The translations under genes and the position numbers were made by a program. Below are positions 18,236 to 27,150 of a stretch of DNA of 64,000 nucleotides, piece after piece. The notes under the pieces are model-generated. The model had not been told where the DNA came from. It saw only the letters and a program-made list of their open reading frames with translations, and did not search any database. Each line of letters starts with the position of its first letter. Position 1 is the first letter of the stretch. The DNA lies in IMG/VR virus record IMGVR_UViG_3300042691_034458, positions 1 through 64,000 of that record; one strand, 5' to 3'. The stretch comes from an uncultured virus (IMG/VR IMGVR_UViG_3300042691_034458) (lineage: Duplodnaviria; Heunggongvirae; Uroviricota; Caudoviricetes).

Positions 18236-19663
18236 ATGAAAAAAATAGAACCAACAAAAGAACAAGTAGAAGAAATGCTACATTTATATAATGTCGAGTT
18301 ACTTGGTTCTCCGACAATAGCGGAAAAAATGGGGCTATCAAAACCAACTGTAATACGTATCCTAAAAGAAAATGGTGCTAAGTTTGGACCGTCTGGTAGA
18401 AAATTTAAAGGGGGTAAATCAGTTTCCGATAAAAAATACCGAACTAAAAAAGAAGTTGTTGATAGAATAAAAAGTTATTTTAAAAATTGGTCAAAAGAAA
18501 ACAAAGAACATTTAAATGAATATTGTAAAAATTGGACTGAAAAAAACATAGAAAGGGTAAGAGCAAAAAAAGCCCAATATGAGCGAGAGAAAAAAGCAAA
18601 AGACCCCAAATACAAAATATCCAGCGTATTTAGAACCGCACTATATACAGCGTTAAAAGAAAAGGATATTCTTAAAGATAAAAAATGTTTTGAGTTATTA
18701 GGTTACACTAAAAATGATTTAATAAAACATTTAACTAAATTACTAGAACCCGGAATGACCTTAGAAAATTATGGTGAGTGGCATATCGATCATATAATTC
18801 CAATATCTAAATTTAATTACACCTCAACGCAAGATGATGAATTTAAGGAATGTTGGTCATTAAGTAATTTAAAACCCATGTGGGGTCCAGAAAACATTAG
18901 TAAGAGTGATAAGATTATTGCGCATCAATATAAAATAAGACAACAAAAAGAAATCGAACAACAAAATGCAATTGATTTTAATATTACAAAAGTAAGTTTA
19001 AAGAATTGTGAAATTAGACAGATAACTAGAAAAGAATGTGAACCAATCATAAATGAATATGAATGGTTAGGTTATCTTCCAAGATATACAAATTATTATT
19101 TTGGTATTTTCTTTAAGATTGACGATAGAGAAATTCTTGGGGGTGTTGTCGCATATCAACCCGAATATGGTGAGAATATGGGGGTATGGGATAAATATGG
19201 TTATACGGGTAAAATAATACAATTAAGCAGAGGTGTTTGTCTTTGGTGGACACCAAAAAATACAGCATCTTTCTTTATTACAAGAACAAATGAATGGTTA
19301 AAAAAGAATACACACTATAAGGTAGTTACAGCAACCGTGGACTCTTCCGCTGGTGAAATTGGTACTATATATCAATCAATGAATTGGTATTATGTTGGTA
19401 CGTTTGGTGGTAATATAACAAAAACCGGTAAAGAGAGAATTCGTTATGGTTATATTATAAATGGTAAGACATACAATCAAAGACATATAAGAAGTATGAT
19501 TGGTACAGCAAAAAAAGAAAATGTGTTAAAGCATTTTCCAGATGTTAAAATGGTTAATTTGGGTAGGAAAAAAAGATATTTTACTTTCTTAGGTAATAAG
19601 AAAGAAAACGAAGAACTATTCAAACCAATAAAAAATTTAATTAAGGAATATCCGAAACGATAA
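18236..19663 (+). CDS. HTH + HNH endonuclease fused to a Mom-like GNAT domain
   Basis: N-terminal HTH (PTIAEKMGLSKPTVIRIL); WHIDHIIPIS...NLKPMWGPEN.SK HNH; C-terminal LSRGV...PKNTASFFI...VD...GTIYQSMNW.YVG resembles Mu Mom-family proteins. Start reassigned from TTG 18191 to ATG 18236. Confidence 0.75.
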   Translation: MKKIEPTKEQVEEMLHLYNVELLGSPTIAEKMGLSKPTVIRILKENGAKFGPSGRKFKGGKSVSDKKYRTKKEVVDRIKSYFKNWSKENKEHLNEYCKNWTEKNIERVRAKKAQYEREKKAKDPKYKISSVFRTALYTALKEKDILKDKKCFELLGYTKNDLIKHLTKLLEPGMTLENYGEWHIDHIIPISKFNYTSTQDDEFKECWSLSNLKPMWGPENISKSDKIIAHQYKIRQQKEIEQQNAIDFNITKVSLKNCEIRQITRKECEPIINEYEWLGYLPRYTNYYFGIFFKIDDREILGGVVAYQPEYGENMGVWDKYGYTGKIIQLSRGVCLWWTPKNTASFFITRTNEWLKKNTHYKVVTATVDSSAGEIGTIYQSMNWYYVGTFGGNITKTGKERIRYGYIINGKTYNQRHIRSMIGTAKKENVLKHFPDVKMVNLGRKKRYFTFLGNKKENEELFKPIKNLIKEYPKR

Positions 19664-19665
19664 TA

Positions 19666-19908
19666 TTACCAAATTATTTTTTTCCAATCATCAATAAGTT
19701 TTTTTCTTTTTTCTTGGTCAATTCCAAGACTTTTTAAATCGTCCTCAATTTTTTGAACTAGTGTTGTTCTTTGTTCAATGATATTATCAACACCACCACC
19801 AAATGAAATTACCTTTCCAATTTTTGTTACATTAGATAAAACTTCATGGTATTCTTGGGATGTTAATCCGGTTAAATGAAAGTTTGCTTGATATAATTGT
19901 TCACTCAT
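19666..19908 (-). CDS. Hypothetical protein
   Basis: 80 aa, overlaps the upstream minus-strand gene. Confidence 0.6.
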   Translation of the reverse strand: MSEQLYQANFHLTGLTSQEYHEVLSNVTKIGKVISFGGGVDNIIEQRTTLVQKIEDDLKSLGIDQEKRKKLIDDWKKIIW

Positions 19909-20113
19909 TGGTCATTATATATCTTAAAGCTTTGGATACAACTTCACTCTCCTCAAGAGAAAAGACTCCTCTTGAGTGTGCTGCTTTTATTGCTTGATTT
20001 AAACAATAAATTGCTTGTTCATTTGTCATTCCATTTGAAAAAGCATCCAAATCATTATTTGAATAATAATTTATTGAATTAAATAACGTACCTATTGGTG
20101 TTTTTTCTTCCAT
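19901..20113 (-). CDS. Hypothetical protein
   Basis: 70 aa with an A-rich start context. Confidence 0.65.
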   Translation of the reverse strand: MEEKTPIGTLFNSINYYSNNDLDAFSNGMTNEQAIYCLNQAIKAAHSRGVFSLEESEVVSKALRYIMTNE

Positions 20114-20172
20114 TTTTATTTAAATATATAAAAATTTATCTCGCATTCAAGATATTTATTGTAAAAACTTTT

Positions 20173-21774
20173 ATGAAAGTTAAAAAAGAAATAATTTTTA
20201 GATTTTTGGATTTAAGATTTAGTCGATATACGTTGGTTAAATCAAAATGTTCTGTTACTGGTGATTTGAGTTTTATCGTACCAGCTTGGGCAATGTATGC
20301 AATTGAATGCGGTAATTACGAGACATTAAGTGAAGAGGAAATTGAAAGTCTTAATGATTTTTTGGATGATTTGGTTAAAACTTATGGTAATGCTGTGTTA
20401 GCTTTTGGGGATGAATCATATTTTTCAACAATCAATGATATTGATAATTTAGGTGGTGACGTTTTTCAGGCTAGTTTAGTTCCAAGTGTAGTAAATACCT
20501 ATATTGTGGATTTAAATAACGATAAATTAATAATGAAACACGAATTTAAAAGTAATTATGTTTTTTTTAAGGATATAATATTTGAAATGAATTCTATTTT
20601 TAGTTTAAAAGAAGACGATTACAATTCACTTAGAGAAATTATTAATGAGTGGGTTGAGGACAGATTTAATATACCAAGAAGTTTATCGACATTTCATACA
20701 TTCTCAAAAATAAATTATCGTAACGATTTAATTTCATGTATAATGCGTAAGGCAGTTGAGACAAAAAAACTAGATTATCTTAATAATAAAAAAAATAATG
20801 TTTCAGAAAATTCAAGTTCTAGATTTGCTGGTGAATATAATGGACCGATTGAGTTGGGTTTAAGAAAGTGGAAAAATCCTGAACTTAAACCTTTTAGTGA
20901 AATTTCTTCGCATTTAGCAAATAACGATAGTAAAAGCAAAACACTTAAAGATAACATAAAACGTATTGTTGGAATGTGGGAAAAAGGTTCAGATGGAACA
21001 TATGATATACCAACACATGATGTTGATACAATTAATGAGGATTTAGCTGTTTGGTTTGGTAAGAAAAAGAAACCAAAAGGTAGTAAACAACCACAAGGTC
21101 CGTGGGTTAATATTTGCAAAAAAGATAAAAATGGTAAACATCCCCCATGCGGTAGAGGTGAAGCAAAAACATCTGCATATCCAAAATGTCGTGGATATGC
21201 TGCTGCTAGAAGAATGTCAGATGAAGCAAAAAGAAAAGCTTGTTCTCAAAAAAGAAGAGCGGAAAAAAAAGAACCAAAAACTGGAAAAGGAAATAAACCA
21301 ACAATGGTTTCACATAAAAAGAAAGTTAAAATTAAGGAATCCGACCTTTATAATATTATAAAGCGAGTTCTTCTTGAGCAGGAGGAAGAAAAAAGAACTG
21401 TTACATTTCCTGCGGGAGCATTTAAATCTTTCATAACATCATCAAATGAAAAATTTGTTAAGATTCTTAATAACAAATATGATAGAGTTATTGTTAGTGG
21501 AGATTTGGATTTAGATGAGACAGATATTAAGATTTTACCAAATAATCTTGAAGTTAAGGGTATTCTCTTCTTAAGAGGGTCTTTGATTAAAGAATTACCA
21601 GAAAATCTTAAAGTTAATGGACAAATAGATTTAAGAAGTACTAATATTAAATCTTTACCGAATAATCTTGTACATGAAAAAGGTTTTATTTGGATATTAG
21701 ACACACCGTTAAATTACAATGAAGAATTAATAAATCATTATGTGGATAAAAATTACGGGTTTTATAGATATTAA
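20173..21774 (+). CDS. Mosaic multidomain protein ending in LRR module copy C
   Basis: Start reassigned to ATG 20173 (ATATTTAT at 20152-20159). Distinct segments separated by VSE|N, INE|D and LLE|Q; basic Cys-containing domain (WVNICK..PPCGR..YPKCR); C-terminal LRR paralogous to 47779..48540. Confidence 0.75.
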   Translation: MKVKKEIIFRFLDLRFSRYTLVKSKCSVTGDLSFIVPAWAMYAIECGNYETLSEEEIESLNDFLDDLVKTYGNAVLAFGDESYFSTINDIDNLGGDVFQASLVPSVVNTYIVDLNNDKLIMKHEFKSNYVFFKDIIFEMNSIFSLKEDDYNSLREIINEWVEDRFNIPRSLSTFHTFSKINYRNDLISCIMRKAVETKKLDYLNNKKNNVSENSSSRFAGEYNGPIELGLRKWKNPELKPFSEISSHLANNDSKSKTLKDNIKRIVGMWEKGSDGTYDIPTHDVDTINEDLAVWFGKKKKPKGSKQPQGPWVNICKKDKNGKHPPCGRGEAKTSAYPKCRGYAAARRMSDEAKRKACSQKRRAEKKEPKTGKGNKPTMVSHKKKVKIKESDLYNIIKRVLLEQEEEKRTVTFPAGAFKSFITSSNEKFVKILNNKYDRVIVSGDLDLDETDIKILPNNLEVKGILFLRGSLIKELPENLKVNGQIDLRSTNIKSLPNNLVHEKGFIWILDTPLNYNEELINHYVDKNYGFYRY

Positions 21775-22172
21775 CCCAAAGACTCCAAAATTCTACTTAA
21801 TGAGTGTTTAATATTTGAATTAATTTCCTTTTCCATTTGAAGTCTGCGTTTCTCAACTTCATTGTTAAACTCAGAAATAATTTTTTCATAATTTACGCCC
21901 TCCATAAAAATAGTATACGAATATACGTGGTTGACAATTTTTACCGTACCATCATGAATTACAATAAAAATACCGAGAGAATCGTTTTTAATATATCTTT
22001 TTTCACTAATTGGTGTTAAAAGGAGTGTAGTATCCTCTTTATGAATTAATTTCTCACAGATTTTAAAACATTTAAATTCATGTTGCTGTTTTTTTGTTAA
22101 AGCAACATTACCAAATCTTTTAAATTTAATATAATTTTTTTGAAAAAATCTTTTAATTTTATGTAATAGCAT
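21771..22172 (-). CDS. Hypothetical protein
   Basis: 133 aa, preceded by a Bacteroidota-type promoter. Confidence 0.7.
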   Translation of the reverse strand: MLLHKIKRFFQKNYIKFKRFGNVALTKKQQHEFKCFKICEKLIHKEDTTLLLTPISEKRYIKNDSLGIFIVIHDGTVKIVNHVYSYTIFMEGVNYEKIISEFNNEVEKRRLQMEKEINSNIKHSLSRILESLG

Positions 22173-22192
22173 GTTGGTTAATTAATTTAATG

Positions 22193-22223
22193 CAAAGATA
22201 TGGAATGTTTTTCAAATTCCAAA
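22193..22223 (-). promoter_or_regulatory. Bacteroidota primary-sigma promoter TTTG-N19-TATCTTTG
   Basis: Minus strand: TTTG at 22223-22220, 19-nt spacer, TATCTTTG at 22200-22193, 20 nt before ATG 22172. Matches the -33/-7 consensus. Confidence 0.7.
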
Positions 22224-22235
22224 ATATTTATGGAT

Positions 22236-23759
22236 ATGAAAAATATTTTAATAAATGATAATCAGTTAAAAAATTTGGTGGAATCAGTTAAACACATTTT
22301 AACTGAAGCCGATAAAAGAAATGTTATTATAGACAAAATTGGTTATTCAAAAGAATGGGCGGATGAGTTCCATAACTTAAGCGATAAATATTCTGTGTGG
22401 ATTGCTGACTCTTATCTAAAAAAGAAAATGTCTGATAATAACCGAACCAAAGAAGAAGTTTTAAAAAAAATAAATGAAAAAGGACCGGATGCAACATACA
22501 CTTGGTTTAATGGAATTCAAGCAACATATCAATATATTTTAGATTGGTTAAAGGTACCAAGAAGAGAAGAAATTGATTTACAAAATTTAACATATGATGA
22601 TGCTTATTTAAAAGCGCGTGAATGGCATGAATCATTAAAGACCGGTGAAACAAAAAAATATGAAGAAACGGGCGAAATTATAATTGATTATCGGAATTCA
22701 AGAGGGGTTGGTTATTATTGGGTCAATCGAAAAACAAAGTATTGTAGCGAAGAACAAAAAAGAATGGGGCATTGTGGTAAAACAGATTTGGGTGATACAT
22801 TATTTTCATTAAGAAATGTTAATGAATTTGGTGAAGGACAAAGTTTTATTACAATAGCCTATAAAAATGATGGTACCGTTTATGACTTCAAAGCATCGGG
22901 TAATCAAAAACCATCACCAAAATATCATAAATATATTATAGACATTTTAACTCAGGATAAATATCCAATTAATAATTTATCAAGTGCTGGTCATTCACCA
23001 GAAACAAATTTTAAAATTTCTGATTTAAAACCAGAACAAATTGAATATGTGTACTCGAAGAATAAAGCATTAAAATATAATATTAATGATAAATCATCGC
23101 ATCCATATATTGTTAAAGATATTTTAGACGGTAAACTAAATTTATCAAATTACTCAAAATCAGACCAAATTGATTTGATTAGAGCATCGAATGAGAATCC
23201 AAAATTAATGGAAATATTTAAAAACGAATTATCACATTTCAATAATTTATTATTGGGTAACACAAATAATATTAAGTTTATTGTTAAAAACTTTTTGGAT
23301 GTATTTAAAGATTTATTAATTGGTTATATTAATGAAAAAAATTATCCGCAGTTTAAACAAGCGTTGATTGTTATTAGTAGACTATTAAATGATTATAGGA
23401 TAAATTTAATTGAACCATTTTGCGGAATTTTAGGAAAAGGTTTTACTAAATTTAAAAATAAGGAACTAGATATTATTAGTACCAGTGAAATTAACAGAGC
23501 AGTTTTAAGTTGCGCTAAAAAATATAAGTTAACCGATAAGTATGCTTATATATCTGATTTAAATAGACTTAATCACAGAATTGTAATTCCGGATGGTAAA
23601 GATAAAACGTTTGGTGTTATAGATGAGAAAGGAAATATAATTATAGGTTTTAATTATGTTAGCTTAAGTCTTAATAAAGATGGTAATTATATTGGTAGAA
23701 CATTAGGTAATGAAATTGAGGTATTGGACAAGACTGGAAATTTAATTATACCGCAATAA
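22236..23759 (+). CDS. Leader-bearing protein with PcfJ-like domain and C-terminal WG-like repeat
   Basis: Leader MKNILINDNQLKNL...ILTE|A; EEQKRMGHCG..LFSLR..ITI..K.SGNQKP; FGVIDEKGNII; ATATTTAT at 22224-22231. Confidence 0.65.
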   Translation: MKNILINDNQLKNLVESVKHILTEADKRNVIIDKIGYSKEWADEFHNLSDKYSVWIADSYLKKKMSDNNRTKEEVLKKINEKGPDATYTWFNGIQATYQYILDWLKVPRREEIDLQNLTYDDAYLKAREWHESLKTGETKKYEETGEIIIDYRNSRGVGYYWVNRKTKYCSEEQKRMGHCGKTDLGDTLFSLRNVNEFGEGQSFITIAYKNDGTVYDFKASGNQKPSPKYHKYIIDILTQDKYPINNLSSAGHSPETNFKISDLKPEQIEYVYSKNKALKYNINDKSSHPYIVKDILDGKLNLSNYSKSDQIDLIRASNENPKLMEIFKNELSHFNNLLLGNTNNIKFIVKNFLDVFKDLLIGYINEKNYPQFKQALIVISRLLNDYRINLIEPFCGILGKGFTKFKNKELDIISTSEINRAVLSCAKKYKLTDKYAYISDLNRLNHRIVIPDGKDKTFGVIDEKGNIIIGFNYVSLSLNKDGNYIGRTLGNEIEVLDKTGNLIIPQ

Positions 23760-24177
23760 TATCACCATCTTCTGTTACCATTATACCATCATCATATTTA
23801 AACGTTCCGTTATTACCCCTTATGTACCATTGATTTTTTTCTTGGTAAATACCAACATTTCTACAATTCAAAAATTTATTTAATCTATCTTTTGTTGTCG
23901 GTGTCCACCAACCTTTGGTATCTAATTTTATAATATTTGTGGGGTCTATTTTAATGATATATGTGCTATGGTATCTAATACCAATTTCGTTAATATCTGT
24001 TTTACTTAATAAAGTATTGTGACCAATTTTCTTACTTTCTCTATTACCTAACTCTTCTTTTAATTTATCATAATTTAATGATGTGCATGATAGATTAACT
24101 CTTTCTTTTATTAATCGTTTGGTTGAGTTAATCAAAGTTTCAAGTTGTGATTCTGTTATTATTATATTCTTTTTCAT
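23746..24177 (-). CDS. Leader-bearing hypothetical protein
   Basis: MKKNIIITESQLETL...LIKE leader, then a YHST...GWWTPTTKDRLN domain. Confidence 0.75.
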   Translation of the reverse strand: MKKNIIITESQLETLINSTKRLIKERVNLSCTSLNYDKLKEELGNRESKKIGHNTLLSKTDINEIGIRYHSTYIIKIDPTNIIKLDTKGWWTPTTKDRLNKFLNCRNVGIYQEKNQWYIRGNNGTFKYDDGIMVTEDGDIIAV

Positions 24178-24196
24178 TTTGTTAATAATTTATTAT

Positions 24197-25057
24197 TTAT
24201 TTATTTCTCCAACCACCACCTTGTTTTTTATACCATTTTGCCGCCCAACCACTAGCATAAGCCGAAGGCCAAACTTTATATTTTGATTTTGCTAAAGATT
24301 TTGCTTTTGACCATAGTTTTTTATTTGTTGGTTCACGTTTTGTTTCCTCATCCAATGGTCCAACAACAAATTCATCGTCCTCTTCATTCATCATAAAATC
24401 AAAAACTTGATCCAAATTTTCTGTTGCGGTTGTAATGTGGTCATCCGCCCAATCATGTCCATTTTGAAGTATGTCTTCAATCATTTGCGGTTCTAATGAT
24501 AATAGTTTATCAATCTGTCTTCGCATTTGCTTCAAGTTGCTAAAAAACATGTAATTACCTGTTTTTTGCTCTTGGATTTTTGCATTTATTAATTCTATTA
24601 ACTGCGATTCTGTTAATTTAATTGTTTTTTTCATTGTTATATTTCTATTTTCTTTTATTCCATCTCTTTTCTTTATTAAATCCGAAACTTTACCATGTGG
24701 GGGAAATTCAATAAACTTAAATAATTCTAATGCCCAACTTTCAACATAAGGTACAATTTCTTTTCTCTCAACACCCATAGCTGATGTGATATTATCTACT
24801 AACATACTTCGCATTGAGACCGAAGTTCTATCATGTTGTGTAGGTTCAAAACCTATTTCACTAAATTTTTGTTTTTCATTATAAAAAACTATTTCATTTT
24901 TAGCGTCACGTAATTCTTCTTCGGTATAGGATGGGTCAGCAAAAAGTTCAGGACCATAAGCTATTATCATAGCATTATAATATGTCATAACTAAACATTT
25001 AGATAATATAGCATCTAAATAAACATAAACCCCCCTCTTTATTTTTTCCGGATTCAT
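24197..25057 (-). CDS. Mosaic protein with internal leader and basic C-terminal WPSAYASG..KWYK..GG domain (DUF5872-like)
   Basis: Internal MKKTIKLTESQLIEL...IQE|Q at 24634; LDE|E before the basic domain. Confidence 0.7.
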   Translation of the reverse strand: MNPEKIKRGVYVYLDAILSKCLVMTYYNAMIIAYGPELFADPSYTEEELRDAKNEIVFYNEKQKFSEIGFEPTQHDRTSVSMRSMLVDNITSAMGVERKEIVPYVESWALELFKFIEFPPHGKVSDLIKKRDGIKENRNITMKKTIKLTESQLIELINAKIQEQKTGNYMFFSNLKQMRRQIDKLLSLEPQMIEDILQNGHDWADDHITTATENLDQVFDFMMNEEDDEFVVGPLDEETKREPTNKKLWSKAKSLAKSKYKVWPSAYASGWAAKWYKKQGGGWRNK

Positions 25058-26643
25058 TATTTCTTATTAACAATTTGAAATTTAATGGCTCTCTTATAAG
25101 TATCCTTTTCTCCACTAGTATTCACTTTTAAGTCAACAAAATATTCATTCGGGAGCTTATCTCTCATATCAAAAATAAAATAATATTCATTTGGTGTTCT
25201 ATTAACTAATGTCCAATCTTGAACCTGAACTTCGGTTTGACCCTCTCTCACATAAACTCTATAATAAACCTCAACATCGGTTAAAAGTTGTTGTGTTGTA
25301 TATGCTTTTTTAACAATAACACCAATTTTTCTAACATCAGTATTTAATATTTTTTCATCCTGTTTAATTCCATAAAAATCAAATCCTAAAATCGCGGGTT
25401 CTTTTGATTCAGTACCAATGTTAAAATAACTACCATAAGGTTTTATGATTAAATCATTTTCAACATTTGGTAATGGAATTCCATTGATTGCAATATTGCT
25501 CCAAACATCGGTATATTGACAAGGTGTTGTAATTCCTGTTATAGAGGGAATCGTTACCTCATATATACCTTTTGTTATTAAGCACGTTGTTAACCCCATA
25601 TAACCAGATATCGGGTCTCCATTGGTATCTAAAATTGATACAACTGGATTGTTATCAAAATTTACATAATCACCATTAACATATGCGTAAAGATAAAGTT
25701 TGTTTTGTCTGTACTGAACAAAATTATTTCTATCATCTTGTATTAAATCATCATAAACCGTCTCAAGATATGGTTCATAAAATGTTTGTGTGTGTCTGGT
25801 AAAGAATCCAACGGAATAATTTTCAGATAAGCCGGTTAAATTCTCAAGTTCAGGTTTAAATGCAATTCCCCAACCTGTAACACCCGTTAATGAACCATTT
25901 ATAATTGAATTTATTTCATTTGTCATATCAAATTCAATATCCTCATTTCCAAATTCAAAATGTTGGATATTGACAATGGTAATTGCGCTATAATTAATAT
26001 TTCCGTTATTCTCATTGTTATATATTCCCGGTTCAGACCAATAATCTAAAGTTGTTCTTTTTAACCAATTTGAGGGTCTCTGAGAGTATGACTTGTCTTC
26101 TGGTTCATAAAGTGGAACAGAAGCTCCCTGAGTCGAATTTAATGAGGTTGAGAAGTTATTATAATCATAACCAACACCTTCATCCCATAAAGCCAGTCCT
26201 TGGTCATAAATGCAAGTTGTTATTGCGGTTGGGTTTGGTATAATTGGGTCGCAAGGGTCAATTGGTGTTGGTATTGGATTTCCGCTAATTGTACATGCTG
26301 CAATTTGGGGAATTCTAAATAAAATTAAATCAAAAGATGTTGCTCTTCTTCTACCGGAAGAATCTAATATATTTAATAGTTCTTTGTCAAAAGCGGATGT
26401 ATTTGTCATACGTAACGTGTGGGTCATCGCTGTTGTACACCCAGTTGAAATTGTTGTTCCAGTTATCTTATCAATTAATGGTTCTAAGTCCAAATCAAAG
26501 ATAAATCTTGTATAACCTTTTGGAGCGATAGAATTGGGGTTTGTACCAAAATACAACTCAGTTACCGGATTTTGTCCGGTGTTTGTGCAATTATTGTAAA
26601 TAATGGTATTATTTCTGCTAAAATATGACCTGTGTATTGACAT
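25057..26643 (-). CDS. Putative virion structural protein
   Basis: 528 aa, Thr/Asn/Tyr-rich beta-type composition; ATATTTAT (minus) at 26660-26667; near the baseplate spike gene. Confidence 0.6.
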   Translation of the reverse strand: MSIHRSYFSRNNTIIYNNCTNTGQNPVTELYFGTNPNSIAPKGYTRFIFDLDLEPLIDKITGTTISTGCTTAMTHTLRMTNTSAFDKELLNILDSSGRRRATSFDLILFRIPQIAACTISGNPIPTPIDPCDPIIPNPTAITTCIYDQGLALWDEGVGYDYNNFSTSLNSTQGASVPLYEPEDKSYSQRPSNWLKRTTLDYWSEPGIYNNENNGNINYSAITIVNIQHFEFGNEDIEFDMTNEINSIINGSLTGVTGWGIAFKPELENLTGLSENYSVGFFTRHTQTFYEPYLETVYDDLIQDDRNNFVQYRQNKLYLYAYVNGDYVNFDNNPVVSILDTNGDPISGYMGLTTCLITKGIYEVTIPSITGITTPCQYTDVWSNIAINGIPLPNVENDLIIKPYGSYFNIGTESKEPAILGFDFYGIKQDEKILNTDVRKIGVIVKKAYTTQQLLTDVEVYYRVYVREGQTEVQVQDWTLVNRTPNEYYFIFDMRDKLPNEYFVDLKVNTSGEKDTYKRAIKFQIVNKK

Positions 26644-26732
26644 TCAAATCTGTTTTCTAATAAATATTGGGTTTTTAATTAAAATTGATTTGTTTCAAGA
26701 TATTTATATAATACCAAACCAACAACAACCAA

Positions 26733-27149
26733 ATGAAAAAATGTTTAATTTTTTTATTGTTTTTATTATTTGGTAATCTAGCTATATCTCAGGATAATAA
26801 AACTATGATGTATGTCAGAATAGTTGATAGTAATTTATTAAATCCTGTGGAGTGCGAAGTTCAGATTTGGAAAGAAACTGAAGGAGGAAAATACACTAGA
26901 GGGTCGATAGTTTTTATTCAGCAAGCAAAAATTTCATTAAGTAAAGGTAAATATACTTTTTATTTTAAAATTAACGATAAAATTATACATAAAGACTATA
27001 TTGAGGTTGGTCAGTATGATAATAGTATTATATATAATTTATACGCTAACCCATTAAAATTATTGGATGCCGATTTTAATCAAATTTCAATAATTACACC
27101 GGAAGTTCATAGATTTTTAAATCATAGAACGGTTTATATTGAATTATAA
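26733..27149 (+). CDS. Secreted protein with Sec signal peptide
   Basis: MKKCLIFLLFLLFGNLAIS|QD; own ATATTTAT at 26700-26707. Confidence 0.7.
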   Translation: MKKCLIFLLFLLFGNLAISQDNKTMMYVRIVDSNLLNPVECEVQIWKETEGGKYTRGSIVFIQQAKISLSKGKYTFYFKINDKIIHKDYIEVGQYDNSIIYNLYANPLKLLDADFNQISIITPEVHRFLNHRTVYIEL

Positions 27150-27150
27150 A

